A DNA stretch of 64,000 nt, taken from contig OX597819.1 in assembly GCA_951406725.2 (NCBI GenBank), positions 9,362,001 through 9,426,000 of the forward strand, read 5' to 3'. Shown here piece after piece: positions 25,305 through 39,679 of this stretch (its first letter is position 1; every line of letters starts with the position of its first letter). A program made the position numbers and the translations under genes. This DNA is from Octopus vulgaris. Lineage: Eukaryota. Under the pieces are notes generated by a model. That model was given only the letters and a program-made list of their open reading frames with translations, was not told the DNA's origin and did not search any database.

Positions 25305-26150
25305 GAGTACATATATATGTACATGTGTATGTGTGTGTGTGTGTGTAAATTTGCTGAAAAACAGTCTAACCAGCACCTCAACAGGAAAACTCTCGACTTT
25401 CAAACACTTGAATATCCTGTTCTTGTCGTTGTAGTTAATACGGCCACTGTTTTTATTGTCGTTGTTGTTGTTGTTACTGTTGATTGCGGTCAACCGGCAG
25501 TAGCAACTTGGCTGATTGTAGCTCATTCTGAAAAAACAGAGAACAGAAAACCACTCCAGATTTGTTCTCAATCCAAAAGTTATGCGAAGGTTGTATACTA
25601 CTTTATTTTATCTAGAGAAGCCCTTGTAAAGTAACACGCTTATTAGTTCGTTCAGTAAAATCACAGCGAGTTGTAAAACAGGAACAAATAATTTGTTTCC
25701 TCCATCTACAAACGACGGAAACTATCGTAGATATACAAAATTCAATGGAATCGTACGTCTCAATTCTGTGATTAATTGAAGCTTCTAGATTTTGCTTGAA
25801 AATCAACAGTTTATTGCCAAATATTCACCAATATTAAATAACAACTGACATACTCTTGTTTTTAACTGGAGGTAAGTTGAAAAACATCTTCACTAATTTA
25901 CAGCACGAAGTTATTTTCTTTATTTAATTACTATTTTCTGTTTATTGTTATCCCAGATGATATCTAGATTAAAAGCAATCTACCTGTCATCATCACACCT
26001 GTTCGGGTTTATTTCAATTATGTTGTCCAATGTGTCCTTTTCTTGATTAAGATGGTAGGGTGTGATTTGAGGACGATTTGGTTGATATTTCTTGCAGGTC
26101 CTGTTGTCTCGTCGAAACTTTTTCGATGCTGAGTTTGTTGTTGTTAAAGT

Positions 26151-26377
26151 TGTTTAGCAAACCTATGATCAACAACGTTCCAACTGTGACCGTCCTATCT
26201 TTTTTGAAGGTACAGTACTATGTTAAGAAAGTACAGCGTTATTTGAGGGAAATTTAGAAACTGTTTAGCAAACCTATGATCAACAACGTTCCAACTGTGA
26301 CCGTCCTATCTTTTTTGAAGGTACAGTACTCTGTTAAGAACGTACAGCGTTATTTGAGGGAAATTTAGAAACTGTTT
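26151..26377. repeat. 111-bp tandem duplication
   Basis: tgtttagcaaacctatgatc... at 26151 and 26262, two substitutions. Confidence 0.92.
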
Positions 26378-26714
26378 CTCACAAATCGAGTAACAACATA
26401 AAATGTCCCTCGAATGTTTTCTTCGTTCGTTTGTTTTGTATTTTCCTAGCATTGCTGATTGTAGTTACTTCATGTTGCTATTTACTGCTAAATATGTTGC
26501 AGAAACTTTGAACCACTAATGTTCTTGAGGATTCGAGACTTTTGTTCCATGGCAAGGATTTTGTTCTTAACACTTCTTGCTAATGAAAGACATTCATTTT
26601 GTATACTATTTGCACCTGTTGGTACAGCAGTAAGATGTATCTAAAAAGGGTGAGTCTTTACAATTATATAGATCTTGCCACGATTGTTAAGTAACTTCAT
26701 TTTAGATACATTAG

Positions 26715-27110
26715 TGCAGGTATGGTGATGTGGCTAAGAAACTTGCTTTGAAGCCACTGGGTTCCTGGTTCGATCATATTGCATGGAACCGTGGGCATGT
26801 AGTATCGTCTACAATACATCAATATCATATGAGTTGAATTTGCCACGCGGAAACAGTGCGGTAACCTGTTATATGTGTACATGTATATATATAAGGACAT
26901 GTGTGCATGTGAGTTTGTCTGTGCATGATACAGCACCACCAGTTAGAAACCGATGCTAAGTCAAAACGGTAATTTACCAGCTCGACAATTATGGATCAAT
27001 AAAATAAATATTAGATTGAAACAAATACTAGAGCCGATATGGTCGACAAAAACCCTTGAACGCAATGCGTCAGCATGCACAACACCAAAAGAGAACCCAG
27101 TAAATGAATA
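26715..27110 (+). mobile_element. Old, diverged SINE family B-related copy
   Basis: gtgcaggtatggtgatgtggctaagaaacttgc...ggttcgatc head and decayed body. Confidence 0.55.
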
Positions 27111-27376
27111 AACGGTTCACAGCTGACGGGTTAATTACTGGTACACTACTGAGCTGGATTAATAAAGATCAAAAAATTAATAATCCTAATTCATCAAACT
27201 TTAGCACGATGAAGTATTACTTTACATATTTTACTACTAAATACGCTAGGATGTTCATGCTTTTCCTTAATCTATCAGAATGAAATATCTTCCTCCAAGA
27301 ATTGAGCACAGGCTCACCAAATAAATAAAAATGAATTCTAGATTAATTGAAAGAACTCATTACAGTTCTATATAAA

Positions 27377-27747
27377 TGGAAGCACTCCGTCGGTTACGAC
27401 GATGAGGGTTCCGGTTGATCCGAATCAACGGAACAGCCTGCTCGTGAAATTAACGTGTAAGTGACTGAGCACTCCACAGACACGTGCACCCTTAACGTAG
27501 TTCTCGAGGAGATTCAGCGTGACACAGAGAGTGACAAGGCCGGCCCTTTGAAACACAGGTACAACAGAAACAGGAAGAAAGAGTGAGAGAAAGTTGTGGT
27601 GAAAGAGTACAGCAGGGTTCACCACCATCCCTGCCGGAGCCTCGTGGAGCTTTTAGGTGTTTTCGCTCAATAAACACTCACAACGCCCGGTGTGGGAATC
27701 GAAACCGCGAGTCCGCTGCCCTAACCACTGGGCCATTGCGCCTCCAC
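27377..27747 (-). mobile_element. SINE family A
   Basis: TSD acagttctatataaa; small deletion in the head. Confidence 0.93.
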
Positions 27748-27977
27748 AGTTCTATATAAAATATGTATCACGATTGGGTATAATTCCAGGCTGTAAGCAG
27801 CTGTGGTACTGATCAGTTAAAGATTATTTCGTCAATTTAATAGTTGAATTATTGTTCTTTAGACATGAATAGATACGTGCAAACTAGTATTAGGCCGAGG
27901 CCAGATGTGAAGTGTAGATCTCAAACTGCAGTTCAAACTACTCAGAAAATATTTTAATAATCAGTGTTCTTTCTGTT

Positions 27978-28213
27978 CTTTTACCTTCTTTTACTTGTTT
28001 CAGTCATTTGACTGCGGCCATGCTGGAACAATGCCTTAAGGGGTTTTAGTATATACGATGGGCTTCTTTCAGTTTCCGTCTACCAAATTCCGCTCACAAG
28101 GATTTGGTCGGCGCGAGACTATAGTAGAAGACACTTGCCCAAGGTGCCACGCTGTGAGACTGAACCCAGAACTATGTGGTTGGGAAGCAAGCTTCTTACC
28201 ACATAGCCACGCC
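27978..28213 (-). mobile_element. SINE family B variant lacking the central segment
   Basis: Tail joined directly to the head-proximal body. Confidence 0.78.
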
Positions 28214-28498
28214 TGTTAAATACATGTGATTTACATATGGTTGGAATTATGCATACGTATGATGTGCCTATAATCAACAGAACAGAATGCAAGAACTAGA
28301 CCGACATTTAACCAATAAAGGTTCTTCGCTTTACTTCTAACCCGGGAAAGATGGCTACCGCATATTGTAGACCTGTGTCAGCCTCCACCCTCTCTCACTG
28401 GGTCTGGATATGGGTCGTGATATAAGTGCACAACTATAGAAGCTCAGCATTGTCAGTTATATCATTAAACAGTTTTATATAGAAGAGTTCATAGAAAA

Positions 28499-28892
28499 GT
28501 GGAGGCGCAATGGCCCAGTGGTTAGGGCAGCGGACTCGCAGTCGTAGGATCGCGGTTTCGATTCCCAGACCGGGCGTTGTGAGTGTTTATTGAGCGAAAA
28601 CACCTAAAAAGCTCCACGGGGCTCCGGCAGGGATGGTGGTGATCCCTGCTGTACTCTTTCACCACAACTTTCTCTCACTCTTACTTCCTGTTTCTGTTGT
28701 ACCTGTATTTCAAAAGGGCCGGCCTTGTCACTCTCTGTGTCACGTTGAATATCCCCGAGAACTACGTTAAGGGTACACGTGTCTGTGGAGTGCTCAGCCA
28801 CTTACACGTTAATTTCACGAGCAGGCTGTTCCGTTGATTCGGATCAATCGGAACCCTCGTCGTCGTAACCGACGGAGTGCTTCTTTCTCTTC
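28499..28892 (+). mobile_element. SINE family A, full length
   Basis: TSD tcatagaaaa. Confidence 0.93.
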
Positions 28893-29087
28893 TCATAGAA
28901 AAATTCAATGAATCTAATTGTGAGGAGTACAGAATGAAACGTTTTCTACTTTACGTCTCCGCCTGATAGTAAGGAAGATAGAAAGAGTTGTCACATTGAC
29001 TGCACTCGAAGGGGGTGCATTAAAAGCGGCGAGGAGGTGGAAATATTGATGTAAGGATTAAATTTATTCAGCTCTTTTATTGATTAA

Positions 29088-29480
29088 CTAGCAGTATCGC
29101 CCGGCGTTGCTCGGGTTTGTAAGGGAAATAACTATATAAGCATTTTAGAGATGTAAAGTATAATAGCCATCTCAATATGGCTAACCACAAAGGGGGGGTG
29201 TTACTGTAGCTTTTTACGTTCTGAGATTAAATAATAAATTTTTAGAGAGTTACTTCCCTTATATATGCCAAAAATGCATTAAAAATGGGAAAAATTGATG
29301 GTAATTTTTTTTTAAATTGTAGACTCATCGTAGACGCGCGCTAATACCCAGAAGGCTCGATATGAATCCCGACTATAAGATACCCGGTTTTGGTTAAACT
29401 GCACTGCAAAATGTGGGAGTAGTTAGGAATCTAAATCGTAGGAGACAGACAGCACACAACCTCACTTTTATATATAAAGA
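29088..29480 (-). mobile_element. Non-autonomous Helitron (subtype 2)
   Basis: TC...CTAG termini, A|T target. Confidence 0.88.
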
Positions 29481-31830
29481 TTATTGTAGATGCAGATCTT
29501 CACCAGTTTCTTTGTATTCTCGTTTTCTATCCAGGACAGTATAAATGAATAGTGATACATTTTACAAAATGTAAAATGAACTTGATTCATGACTAAAGAG
29601 AAATGAGAACTGACGATGTTCAAGACCTTCTTTGAAGCATTCATGTTTCATTTACTCACTTGATAACTCCTTTATAACTCCTTATGCGTGCACTGCACTC
29701 TATTACTGTGCCTTGTGTCCTTCGCTTAACTTCTTTGGGGACACCAAAATATTTCCATCAAACCTTAAGCACCTGCCAATATTCCTTAATATACTGTTAA
29801 TCATATATAAAACGATTTTTGAAACACGTCTAACGATAAACCAGGTGATTGTATTTTGTCCTTCAGATGATAACAAAGTTGTGACGATGCTACAAAATGC
29901 GAGATTAGAGAGTTTAAAGAATAACATGAGGATAAGAAGAAGTCGTTAGACATACACATACACACACACACACACATATACTAGATAACCTAGGAATTAA
30001 AATACAAATGTAAATAGAGAAACAGCTTGATAGATAAATAGAAGTATAGACATCGAAACACAACTATTTAATAACTAATTAAAAATGTATAAAACAGTTT
30101 ATATATACATACATGCATGTATTATGCACGCATGTATGTGTGTATATATATATATGTATCTTACATACATACATATATATACATATATACATACATACAT
30201 ACATACATACATACATACATACATACATACATACATACATACATACATACATACATACATACATACATCGATGTATGTGTGTATGTGTGTACTAATACTC
30301 TTCAAATGTTTAAATATTTATGCAACCCTAAAACAAATGTTTAAACATTTGAAAAATGAACTTTAAGCCGATCATCTGGTGATCTCTGGTGATCAATCAC
30401 CGTAACCAGATGATTAAACTTCTCTACCGCCACACAATTATTTGCCTTCTGTTCTTTTTATAATTACTTACTCTATGTTAGATAGAAGTTTATGACATCT
30501 GTTGTATTATGCAAAAAAAGAAATCAGGGAAGGCGGATATGTAAGGATCTTTTTCTTCTTTATTACTTTCTATTATGCAGCTGAGTTGAGGAAAGAATGT
30601 TGAATGATTAATGTATTTCACTAACAACTAATACAACATGAGTTCAAAACCTGTTGCATTCGATTTGTTAGTTTTCCAACAAACGAATGACGAAATAATT
30701 GCTTGCAGCATTGATCCTGCTCAGGACTACACTACTTGCAAGAACAGTTCAAGAATGCAGTTAATTTGAGGCACCACACATACAAACGCAGAATCAAATA
30801 TACGCACAGTTACAAGTCGACGAGGGGGCCACTTTGTGATCGCTCGACTTACTAGAAATTTCTATTAAATCGTGTTATATTGCTTGTTAAATGCAACAAT
30901 ATATTCCACAACCTTTAAAAAAGGACAAGATGATCATGGTGTAATGTCTTTGATTGTAGATGAGTTCGATAAGTAATAACCTATTTGGCAGACTTTCTCC
31001 TCTTTTAGTTCCATATAGTTCCTAATATAACTAAACCCACATTTGTAGAGTCACATTATATAATGCTATAGACTAGTCACTGGAAAGTGATTATAAGTGT
31101 AAAATATTGGTAGAAAAGGGCTTTGTGAGTGTTTTAATGAATGTATTTCTGTTGATGCGCAGCGATGTCGAATGGATGCGAATCATTAGAAAATTGAGTC
31201 GGTATTTTGATTTCGATGACAAATTGAAGCTATTTCATTTCATTTATATTTCCAATGTCCTTAGACATAAGAATGTCGCATTTATTTCCTGTCACCTGTT
31301 TTTGTTAATGTCTTGGGTAAAGATGTGGAAGTCGTGAATGTTTCAGTTCTTCCTTTCTCCTTCATATCAGCTGCTTACACACTGTAGGGTAACAACCAAG
31401 TGGCTAAAGGATTAGTCTTGCAACTCGCATGCAATATGCTTACATTTTCTGCTTCTGGACAGAACGCTAAATTCTACCTATCCACCCGACGGTCAAGAAT
31501 AAATGCCCAGTAAACTTACTTGCCTAAGACCGGCCTCCTAACCTGTGGGAAATTTATCTGTCACTGGTTTCGAACCAAATATTGCAACTGAGTACCAGAT
31601 CTTAAACTTTTACCCTATATGCAAGGAAACGGCACAATATTAAAGTCGCAGTATCTTAAACGTAAGCAGTCCAACACGCTAAAGGAGGCAACTCAAGATT
31701 GTGAGAATGCTGGTAGTTGTGATAATAGTGTTGGCTGCGACGCGTTCACGATAATAAGAGAAACAAAGAAAGAGAGAAAGAGAGAGAGAGTTGCTGACGT
31801 TTGATGTAGCTGTGTTGGTTACCACAATAG

Positions 31831-32215
31831 TCTTTATATATAAAAGAGAAGTTGTGTGTCTGTCTCCTACGATTTAAATTCCTAACTACTCCCACATTTT
31901 GCGGTGCAGTTTAACCAAAACCGGGTATCTTATAGTCGTGATTCATATCGAGCCCTTCTGGGTACGATGAGTCTACGATTTAAAAAAAAAATTACCATCA
32001 TTTTTTTTCCATTTTAATGCATTTTTTCGCTATTATATAAGGGAAGTTACTCTGTAAATATGTCTACGATGAGTCAACGATTTCAAAAAAAAATTACCAT
32101 AATTTTTTTTCCATTTTTAATGCATTCTTTTGCTATTTTTTGGCTATAAATCTCTAAAAATGCTTATATAGTTATGTCCCTTACAAACCCGAGCAACGCC
32201 GGGCGATGCTGCTAG
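31831..32215 (+). mobile_element. Non-autonomous Helitron (subtype 1)
   Basis: TCTTTATATATA...gctgCTAG|T. Confidence 0.87.
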
Positions 32216-32546
32216 TCACTAATAAGATCATATTAGTTGCAGCGATGGCAGCAATGGCGGCTATGGCAACGTTGGCAGCGGGTGTCGGTAACAGTGACGG
32301 CACCGAGGTAAAAAGACAACGACGAAAAATTACATATTTCATTATTCAAATTATAACTTCTAAACTTTGTAGTTGTGATGACGGCAATGGTGATGGTGGT
32401 GATGTTTGTATTTTTGTTGTTGAATAGGTGGAGTTAGTTACTGGTGATGGTGATGGCAATCCTTTGTTTTTGTTTTTGTTTTTTTTTGTGGATAGTCATG
32501 GTAGTGATGAAAACTTCCCACGACAACGTTTTGGGCATCGTTTTCT

Positions 32547-32774
32547 TACTCTTTACTCTTTTACTCTTTTACTTGTTTCATTCATTTGACTGCGGCCATG
32601 CTGGAGCACCGCCTTTAATCGAGCAACTCGACCCCGGGACTTATTCTTTGTAAGCCCAGTACTTATTCTATCGGTCTCTTTTGCCAAACCGCTAAGTAAC
32701 GGGGACGTAAACACACCAGCATCGGTTGTCAAGCAATTCTAGGGGACAAACACAGACACACAAACACACACACG

Positions 32775-32838
<64 letters not shown>

Positions 32839-32999
32839 TACGACAGGCTTCTTTCAGTTTCCGTCTACCAAATCCACTCACAAGGCATTGGTCGGCCCGG
32901 GGCTATAGCAGAAGACACTTGCCCAAGATGCCACGCAGTGGGACTGAACCCGGAACCATGTGGTTGGTAAACAAGCTACTTACCACACAGCCACTCCTG
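32547..32999 (-). mobile_element. SINE family B, full length
   Basis: Matches family B; expanded internal (TA)n. Confidence 0.92.
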
Positions 33000-33924
33000 G
33001 GTCTTGTGAACATTCATTTTAATGATTTTTTTAATGTTTGAACGATAAATAATAGCGCGGAAATATTGGGTTAAAAATCCTTTGGACAGAAAAAGTCGAA
33101 GAGGATTTTTATATTTATACGCTATAGCTTTATCTACTTCCAGTTGAACGATTAAAACGATCCGAATTATTTCCCGTTCTCACGAAGTTTCTACATTTTT
33201 ATGAATGAAATTATTTTGATATTTATTATAATGATTTTATAACGAAATACTTTCTGTTAAATTTCCACAAGTCCGGCTTGTGTGCTTGTATAAAGCTCTA
33301 AGACTTCTTAGGAGTTCCACAGCGGAACACTTCGGCAAGAGTAAACGATTTGACGTTCTGACAATGACGATCTATGGTGTTGGACACCCCTGTAAATAAA
33401 TATCATGAAAATTCGAAATAATTTGGTAGCTACTTCTAGCTTCCAAATATACCCTTAAATCGTTTTCAAAAAACAAGGGGGAGCACAAAGTATACAATAC
33501 GGTTATATAGATAAAGTATGATGTTCACAACTGAAATAACTTTAGTCATATTTGCAGGCTTAGGGTAAATCTGGCACTAAACAACAAAGCACTGCTTCTT
33601 TTAAAAAAAGATAAAAAAACAATCTTTACAAACAAAAGCTATAACTTTCGTTTCATTTTGTTATCTCCTTTTATCTATTTAAAACTTTCCTTCAATGACA
33701 ACCAAAATTGAGCATGTTTCCCATCCTTTCTAAATCTTGTAGAATATAAAGAAAACATCAATTGTGCCAAATAGACCAGATCCACCTCTTAATTAACTCC
33801 GTACTACACAAGATCTCTGCATGGCCAAAACATTTCCCAGCCATTTGTCGATAATCTTGTAGAATTTTCTGGCATGATGCCTTTCCGCTAACAGTCTTCA
33901 TTTAATCTAGCGTTCTTTATGATG

Positions 33925-34500
<576 letters not shown>

Positions 34501-34518
34501 ACATTAACCCAATATATA

Positions 34519-35779
34519 CAGGGGCTGGACAAATTAATGGAAACACCTTAAAATTTCAAACAAATTTATTTTAATATGGGGTAGGACCGCTTTTGGCAGT
34601 AATTACAGTTTGAATTCTATGGGGCATGGTCTCGTGCAAAGTTTGAATTGTTTCCAAAGGAATTTTTGTCCATTCTTTAGCTAAAACACTCTCCAGTACT
34701 TGTAGCGATGATGGTGGAGGATATTGACTCCTTACTTGTTTTTTCTAAAATGCACCATAAATGTTCAATAATATTGAGATCTGGGGACTGTGGTGGCTTG
34801 ATAACATGTTCAACTTCACGAGAATGTTCCTCGTGGCATTCAGTTATAAGTTCAGTTGTGTGAATTGGTGCATTATCATCCTGAAACATTGCGTTTCCCT
34901 CCAGAAACAGTTCCGCAGCCATAGGACGAATTTGATGAGATAAAATGCTTAAATAGTCTTGACTATTAATCCTCCATGAAAGGAAACCATTGAGCCGGTG
35001 GATTTCCAAGACATAGCCCCACCGCCCCAGATCATCACAGATCCTCCTCCATGTTTAACAGTTGGAAGAAGGTAGCTGGGTCAAATACTTCTTTTGGCTG
35101 TCTCCACACGTATACTCGGCCGGTGGTGGGAAATAAGGTAAAGGATGACTCGTTCGAGAAAATGACATTCTTCCACCGCTCCAGGGACAAATTTTGTAGG
35201 TTTTTACTCTACTCGAAACGCTTTGCAACGTTTGTTTTTGAAAGTGGTAGTTTTCTGATTGCAGCCCTCCCGTGAAATCAGACTTTGGGCAGCTCCCGGC
35301 AACCAGTTTTTGTGGAAACTGGGTTCTCGAGGTGGTCATTTTGGGAGCTGTACTTTTGTGATACTTTCTGATAATTCGCGTAAGAGTTCGACGATCCCTA
35401 TCTGAAAGTTTTGGTTTTCTTCCGGAGTTTTGTTTCGACAAGGAGATTTTTCCCTCTTTCTCAAAGGCTGTCAATACTTTCAAGACAGCACTTCATACAC
35501 CAAACATTTCGTCTGCTTTCGTTACGCTAGCGCCTGCTATACGAGCACCAACAATTTGACCTCTTTGAAAGTCCGATAGATCTATCATTTTAATGAATTT
35601 TAATTAACTTTTTTCTGATAATAACTGAAAATAAAACATCAATTTTAGCAAAACATATTAAGCAACACTAATAATAAATCAAAAAACATAAAAATAAACA
35701 AGCTTTTGACGGTTTTATAGTTATATCAAAAATATGATGCTATGATGCTAGGTGTTTCCATTATTTTGTCCATCCCCTG
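34519..35779 (-). mobile_element. Full-length Tc1-superfamily DNA transposon (1261 bp)
   Basis: 30-bp TIRs caggggctggacaaattaatggaaacacct / aggtgtttccattattttgtccatcccctg (28/30), TA target duplication. Confidence 0.93.
34571..35588 (-). pseudogene. Tc1-like transposase pseudogene (DD36E spacing)
   Basis: MIDLSDFQRGQIVGAR, SGRKPKLSDRDRR, WKNVIFSNESSF (first D is N), FQDDNAPIH, SPDLNIIEHLW, AKSGPTPY*; stops and frameshifts. Confidence 0.9.
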
Positions 35780-35893
35780 TATATATATCAGAGGCGACGC
35801 CAGGTCATCAGCGTCGCTCGGGCTCATCACATATTTCGCATAAGACACATGCCTACTCGAAGAATTTCACTTTTTTCCGCTTTATATCTGAGT

Positions 35894-36110
35894 CCAAATG
35901 CATTTTATGCATTAAAATGGAATAAAAAATGATGTTAAATTATTTTTAAAATCGTAGACTCATCGTTGACGCGCGCTAATAGTCAGACGGGCTCGATATG
36001 AATCACGACTATAAGATACCCGAATTTGGTTAAACTGCACCGCAAAATGTGGGAGGAGTTAGGAATCTAAATCATAGGAGACAGACACTCACACAACTAG
36101 AGTTTTATAT
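35894..36110 (-). mobile_element. Helitron 5' fragment (diverged)
   Basis: Shares gactcatcgttgacgcgcgctaata...ggttaaactgcaccgcaaaatgtggga; no CTAG end. Confidence 0.75.
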
Positions 36111-36346
36111 ATATATATATATTTTATTTTTTTGAGCTCATCTTTGTTTATCGCTCGAAAATTGACTGTTATTTCTAAAGGGACAATCAAACAAACGCTA
36201 CACCTTTTTTTTTAAAGGTGTAGCGTTTGTAATAGTCTGGATAGAATTGGCATATCGGTTCCATTCTAGCAAAAACTGTCCGACGAACGCCAACGGGAAA
36301 CTCAGAGTAACAGGTTTTGTTGAATTTTCTGCTGCTTTAAATAAAG

Positions 36347-36379
<33 letters not shown>

Positions 36380-36417
36380 GTATATATACGTGTGTGTATG
36401 TGTGTGTGTGTGTGTGT

Positions 36418-36450
<33 letters not shown>

Positions 36451-36799
36451 CAAGTGATCATATTCCAGTATATGTTCGATCACTTTTGTAGAGTCGTATC
36501 CTACAGAGAGTTGTTTGTATAATACTTATAATACAAAGTTTTTGACACTTATGACAAAATCCACCAATCGCTGCCATCATCATCATTTTTAATCAAAAGG
36601 GTGGCGATATTTTCGATATCTAATTTGGTTCCTCAGTCTTGAGTTCAAGTCTCGCCGTTGTCGACTATTTTTTTTTCATCACTTCAACAAAGATAAAATA
36701 AATGCTAGTAACATAATGGAGCCAGTTCAATCTACTCCACCTTTTTCTTGCAAAATTGGACTACTGCCTTAATCAAAAGATAGCGCTATTGTTATCACT

Positions 36800-36854
36800 A
36801 CTATTATTATTATTATTATTTAAAAAATAGATTAAACATTATTATTATTATTAC

Positions 36855-36903
<49 letters not shown>
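36800..36903. repeat. (TAT)n microsatellite
   Basis: Direct inspection. Confidence 0.93.
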
Positions 36904-36905
<2 letters not shown>

Positions 36906-37415
36906 AGCCATTATTGTAAAAGTAAACACACGAAAAGAGGTTATCTCTGGAAATGAACTTATTTTCAACGCAATCCAATGCTATGTCGTGAGGGCCACAC
37001 CTTAACAAATGCTACAGACTGATAAGATTTTACGAACACTTATGATCAGTGCAACTAAAACAGCACCTCAATCTAACAAAAACAAAGCCAAAATACTTAA
37101 TCTGGGTACATTAAAATCGGTAGAGCAGTTTGTACAATGACTCTTTGTCGCATCACTTTCATCATGCTCTGAGATCGATAAAATAAGCAGAATCGACAGA
37201 GCTCAGGATAAAATGCCTTGTGTGGGTTTTTTTTCTTTCGACCTTACCGAGGCCAACTTTGCTTTTCCTCCTTTCAGGAACGATAAAATAAGTATCAGAC
37301 AAGAACAGTTGAAAGGTGGAATCATAAGAGCCAGACAAAATGCTTGGCAGTATTTGTTCTGGTTCTTAGCGTTCTGAGTCCAAGAATAGTAGACTTAATC
37401 CATCGCCCTGTTTAA

Positions 37416-37638
37416 CCCTTTCAATACCAACCCGGCTGAAACCGGCTCTGGCTCTGTAGTACAAATGTCTTGTTTTCATAAGTTTTGAATTAAAATCTTC
37501 CACTAAACCTTCCACCACAATTTATGCTCCTAACACTAGCTTAATGATAACTAAGTTATTTTACTAAATTCTTTGTTATATTTAAAATTAATTGAAAGAA
37601 ACACAGAGCATCTCAAAATAAATACAGTAATGAATGGG
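37416..37638. mobile_element. piggyBac-type MITE
   Basis: TTAA|CCCTTTCAATAC ... GTAATGAATGGG|TTAA: TTAA TSD, CCC/GGG ends, ~12-bp imperfect TIR. Confidence 0.75.
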
Positions 37639-37846
37639 TTAACACCGCTTCCTGTTCCTAAGATACCTTAGCGGAGTTCATTCTGTTGCAGGTATCCGAG
37701 GCCAAGTTTCCAGTTTGAGGATAGCTTCCTTTCACAAGTCTCGGAGAAACCTTGGAAAAGTAAAGCATCAGGAGCGCTACTTTTCCCTTCTTGATTAAAT
37801 GAGAGAAAGGTAAAAAAAAAAGAAAAAAAACCAGACTAACTACTCA

Positions 37847-38242
37847 TCTTTATATATAAACGAGAGGTTGTGTGCTGTCTGTCCCCTACGATTTAGATTC
37901 CTAACTACTCCCATATTTTGCGGTGCAGTTTAACCAAAACCGGGTATCTTATAGTCGTGATTCATATTGAGCCCTTCTGGGTATTAGCGCGCGTCTACGA
38001 TGAGTCTACGATTTTAAAAAGAATTTACCATCAATTTTTCCCATTTTTAATGCATTTTTGGCATATATAAGGGAAGTAACTCTCTAAAAATTTATTATTA
38101 AATCTCAGAACGTAAAAAGCTACAGTAACACCCCCCTTTTGTGGTTAGCCATATTGAGATGGCTATTATACTTTACATCTCTAAAAATGCTTATATAGTT
38201 ATTTCCCTTACAAACGCGAGCGACGCCGGGCGATACTGCTAG
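37847..38242 (+). mobile_element. Non-autonomous Helitron (subtype 2)
   Basis: A|TC...CTAG|T. Confidence 0.88.
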
Positions 38243-38563
38243 TCATCTATAGATGTGTGCCTCTGAGCCAAAGGCTATAAATTAACATTAACACATAATT
38301 ATCAGAGTGTTGTAATCTTATGAACAGATAACTACTGGTTTCGAGAAGTATTCCAAACAAAATTTCACAAAACAATTAATTCCCAACATACTGGCTTTTC
38401 AACTAGAAATTACCACATTTTGTTTTTATCAATTGGGTTACTCTCAACTTAGTAGAAATATTAATAGTACCACGTGACCAAGAGCCGTGCAGCATGCGAG
38501 TGTTTGTACATTTACCTATTTTAAAGCTAGAACGGAAAACATCACTTCATCAATTGAAATAAC

Positions 38564-38612
<49 letters not shown>

Positions 38613-38735
38613 TCACAATCAAGGAACGGCCATAATAGGCCATTCACCCACTAGAAATAACAGCCAAAAGCTTTAACCGCAAAATAACGTCAATTCCGTA
38701 AACCAGGAGAAAATTAAAAAAACATTTACCCTGTA

Positions 38736-38842
38736 ATTTCTTAGACGATGCACCGTTTCATCTACTGTTTAATGGAAAACTAACCTGATTAAATTAAATC
38801 AAGCCAATCTACCATAGGCCCTTAGATTCATCAGTAAGAAAT
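38736..38842 (-). ncRNA. Type I hammerhead ribozyme
   Basis: Reverse complement of the 39573-39679 fold, same length (107 nt), intact core. Confidence 0.88.
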
Positions 38843-39572
38843 AGCCAAGCCGGAACAGATATCTTTCACGAGGCATATCAATATCTGACCTAAAATTTTC
38901 AAATCGTACTCGCGCCAAATTTATCGGCAGCAAATAAATATAAGCCGCCGATTCCATTACGGAATTAACCAGAAAATTCATAATTAATCAATATAGGGTG
39001 GCAAAAAAAATTTTGTAGAATTCTTTTGCCACCAGCGGCCTAGTGGGAAAAAATTAAATAGTCATAAACCATTTTTAAGTTCAACATCACAATCAAGGAA
39101 CGGCCATAATAGGCCATTCACCCACTAGAAATAACAGCCAAAAGCTTTAACCGCAAAATAACGTCAATTCCGTAAACCGGGAGAAAATTAAAAACATTTA
39201 CCCTGTAATTTCTTAGACGATGCACCGTTTCATCTACTGTTTAATGGAAAACTAACCTGATTAAATTAAATCAAGTGAATGGCCTATTATGGCCGTTCCT
39301 TGATTGTGATGTTGAACTTAAAAATGGTTTATGACTATTTAATTTTTTTTCCCACTAGGCCGCTGGTGGCAAAGAATTCTACAAAATTTTTTTTGCCACC
39401 CTATATTGATTAATTATGAATTTTCTGGTTAATTCCGTAAAGGAATCGGCGGCTTATATTTATTTGCTGCCGATAAATTTGGCGCGAGTGCGACGATTTG
39501 AAAATTTTAGGTCAGATATTGACGAGGTAGCAACGAGAATGCCTCGTGAAAAATATCTGTTCCGGCTTGGCT

Positions 39573-39679
39573 ATTTCTTACTGATGAATCTAAGGGCCTA
39601 TGGTAGATTGGCTTGATTTAATTTAATCAGGTTAGTTTTCCATTAAACAGTAGATGAAACGGTGCATCGTCTAAGAAAT
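39573..39679 (+). ncRNA. Type I hammerhead ribozyme
   Basis: AUUUCUUA-CUGAUGA-AUCUA...UAGAU-GAA-AC-GGUGCAUC-GUC/UAAGAAAU: perfect 8-bp stem I, 5-bp stem II with long extension, near-palindromic stem III, GUC triplet, predicted cleavage after 39671. Confidence 0.9.
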
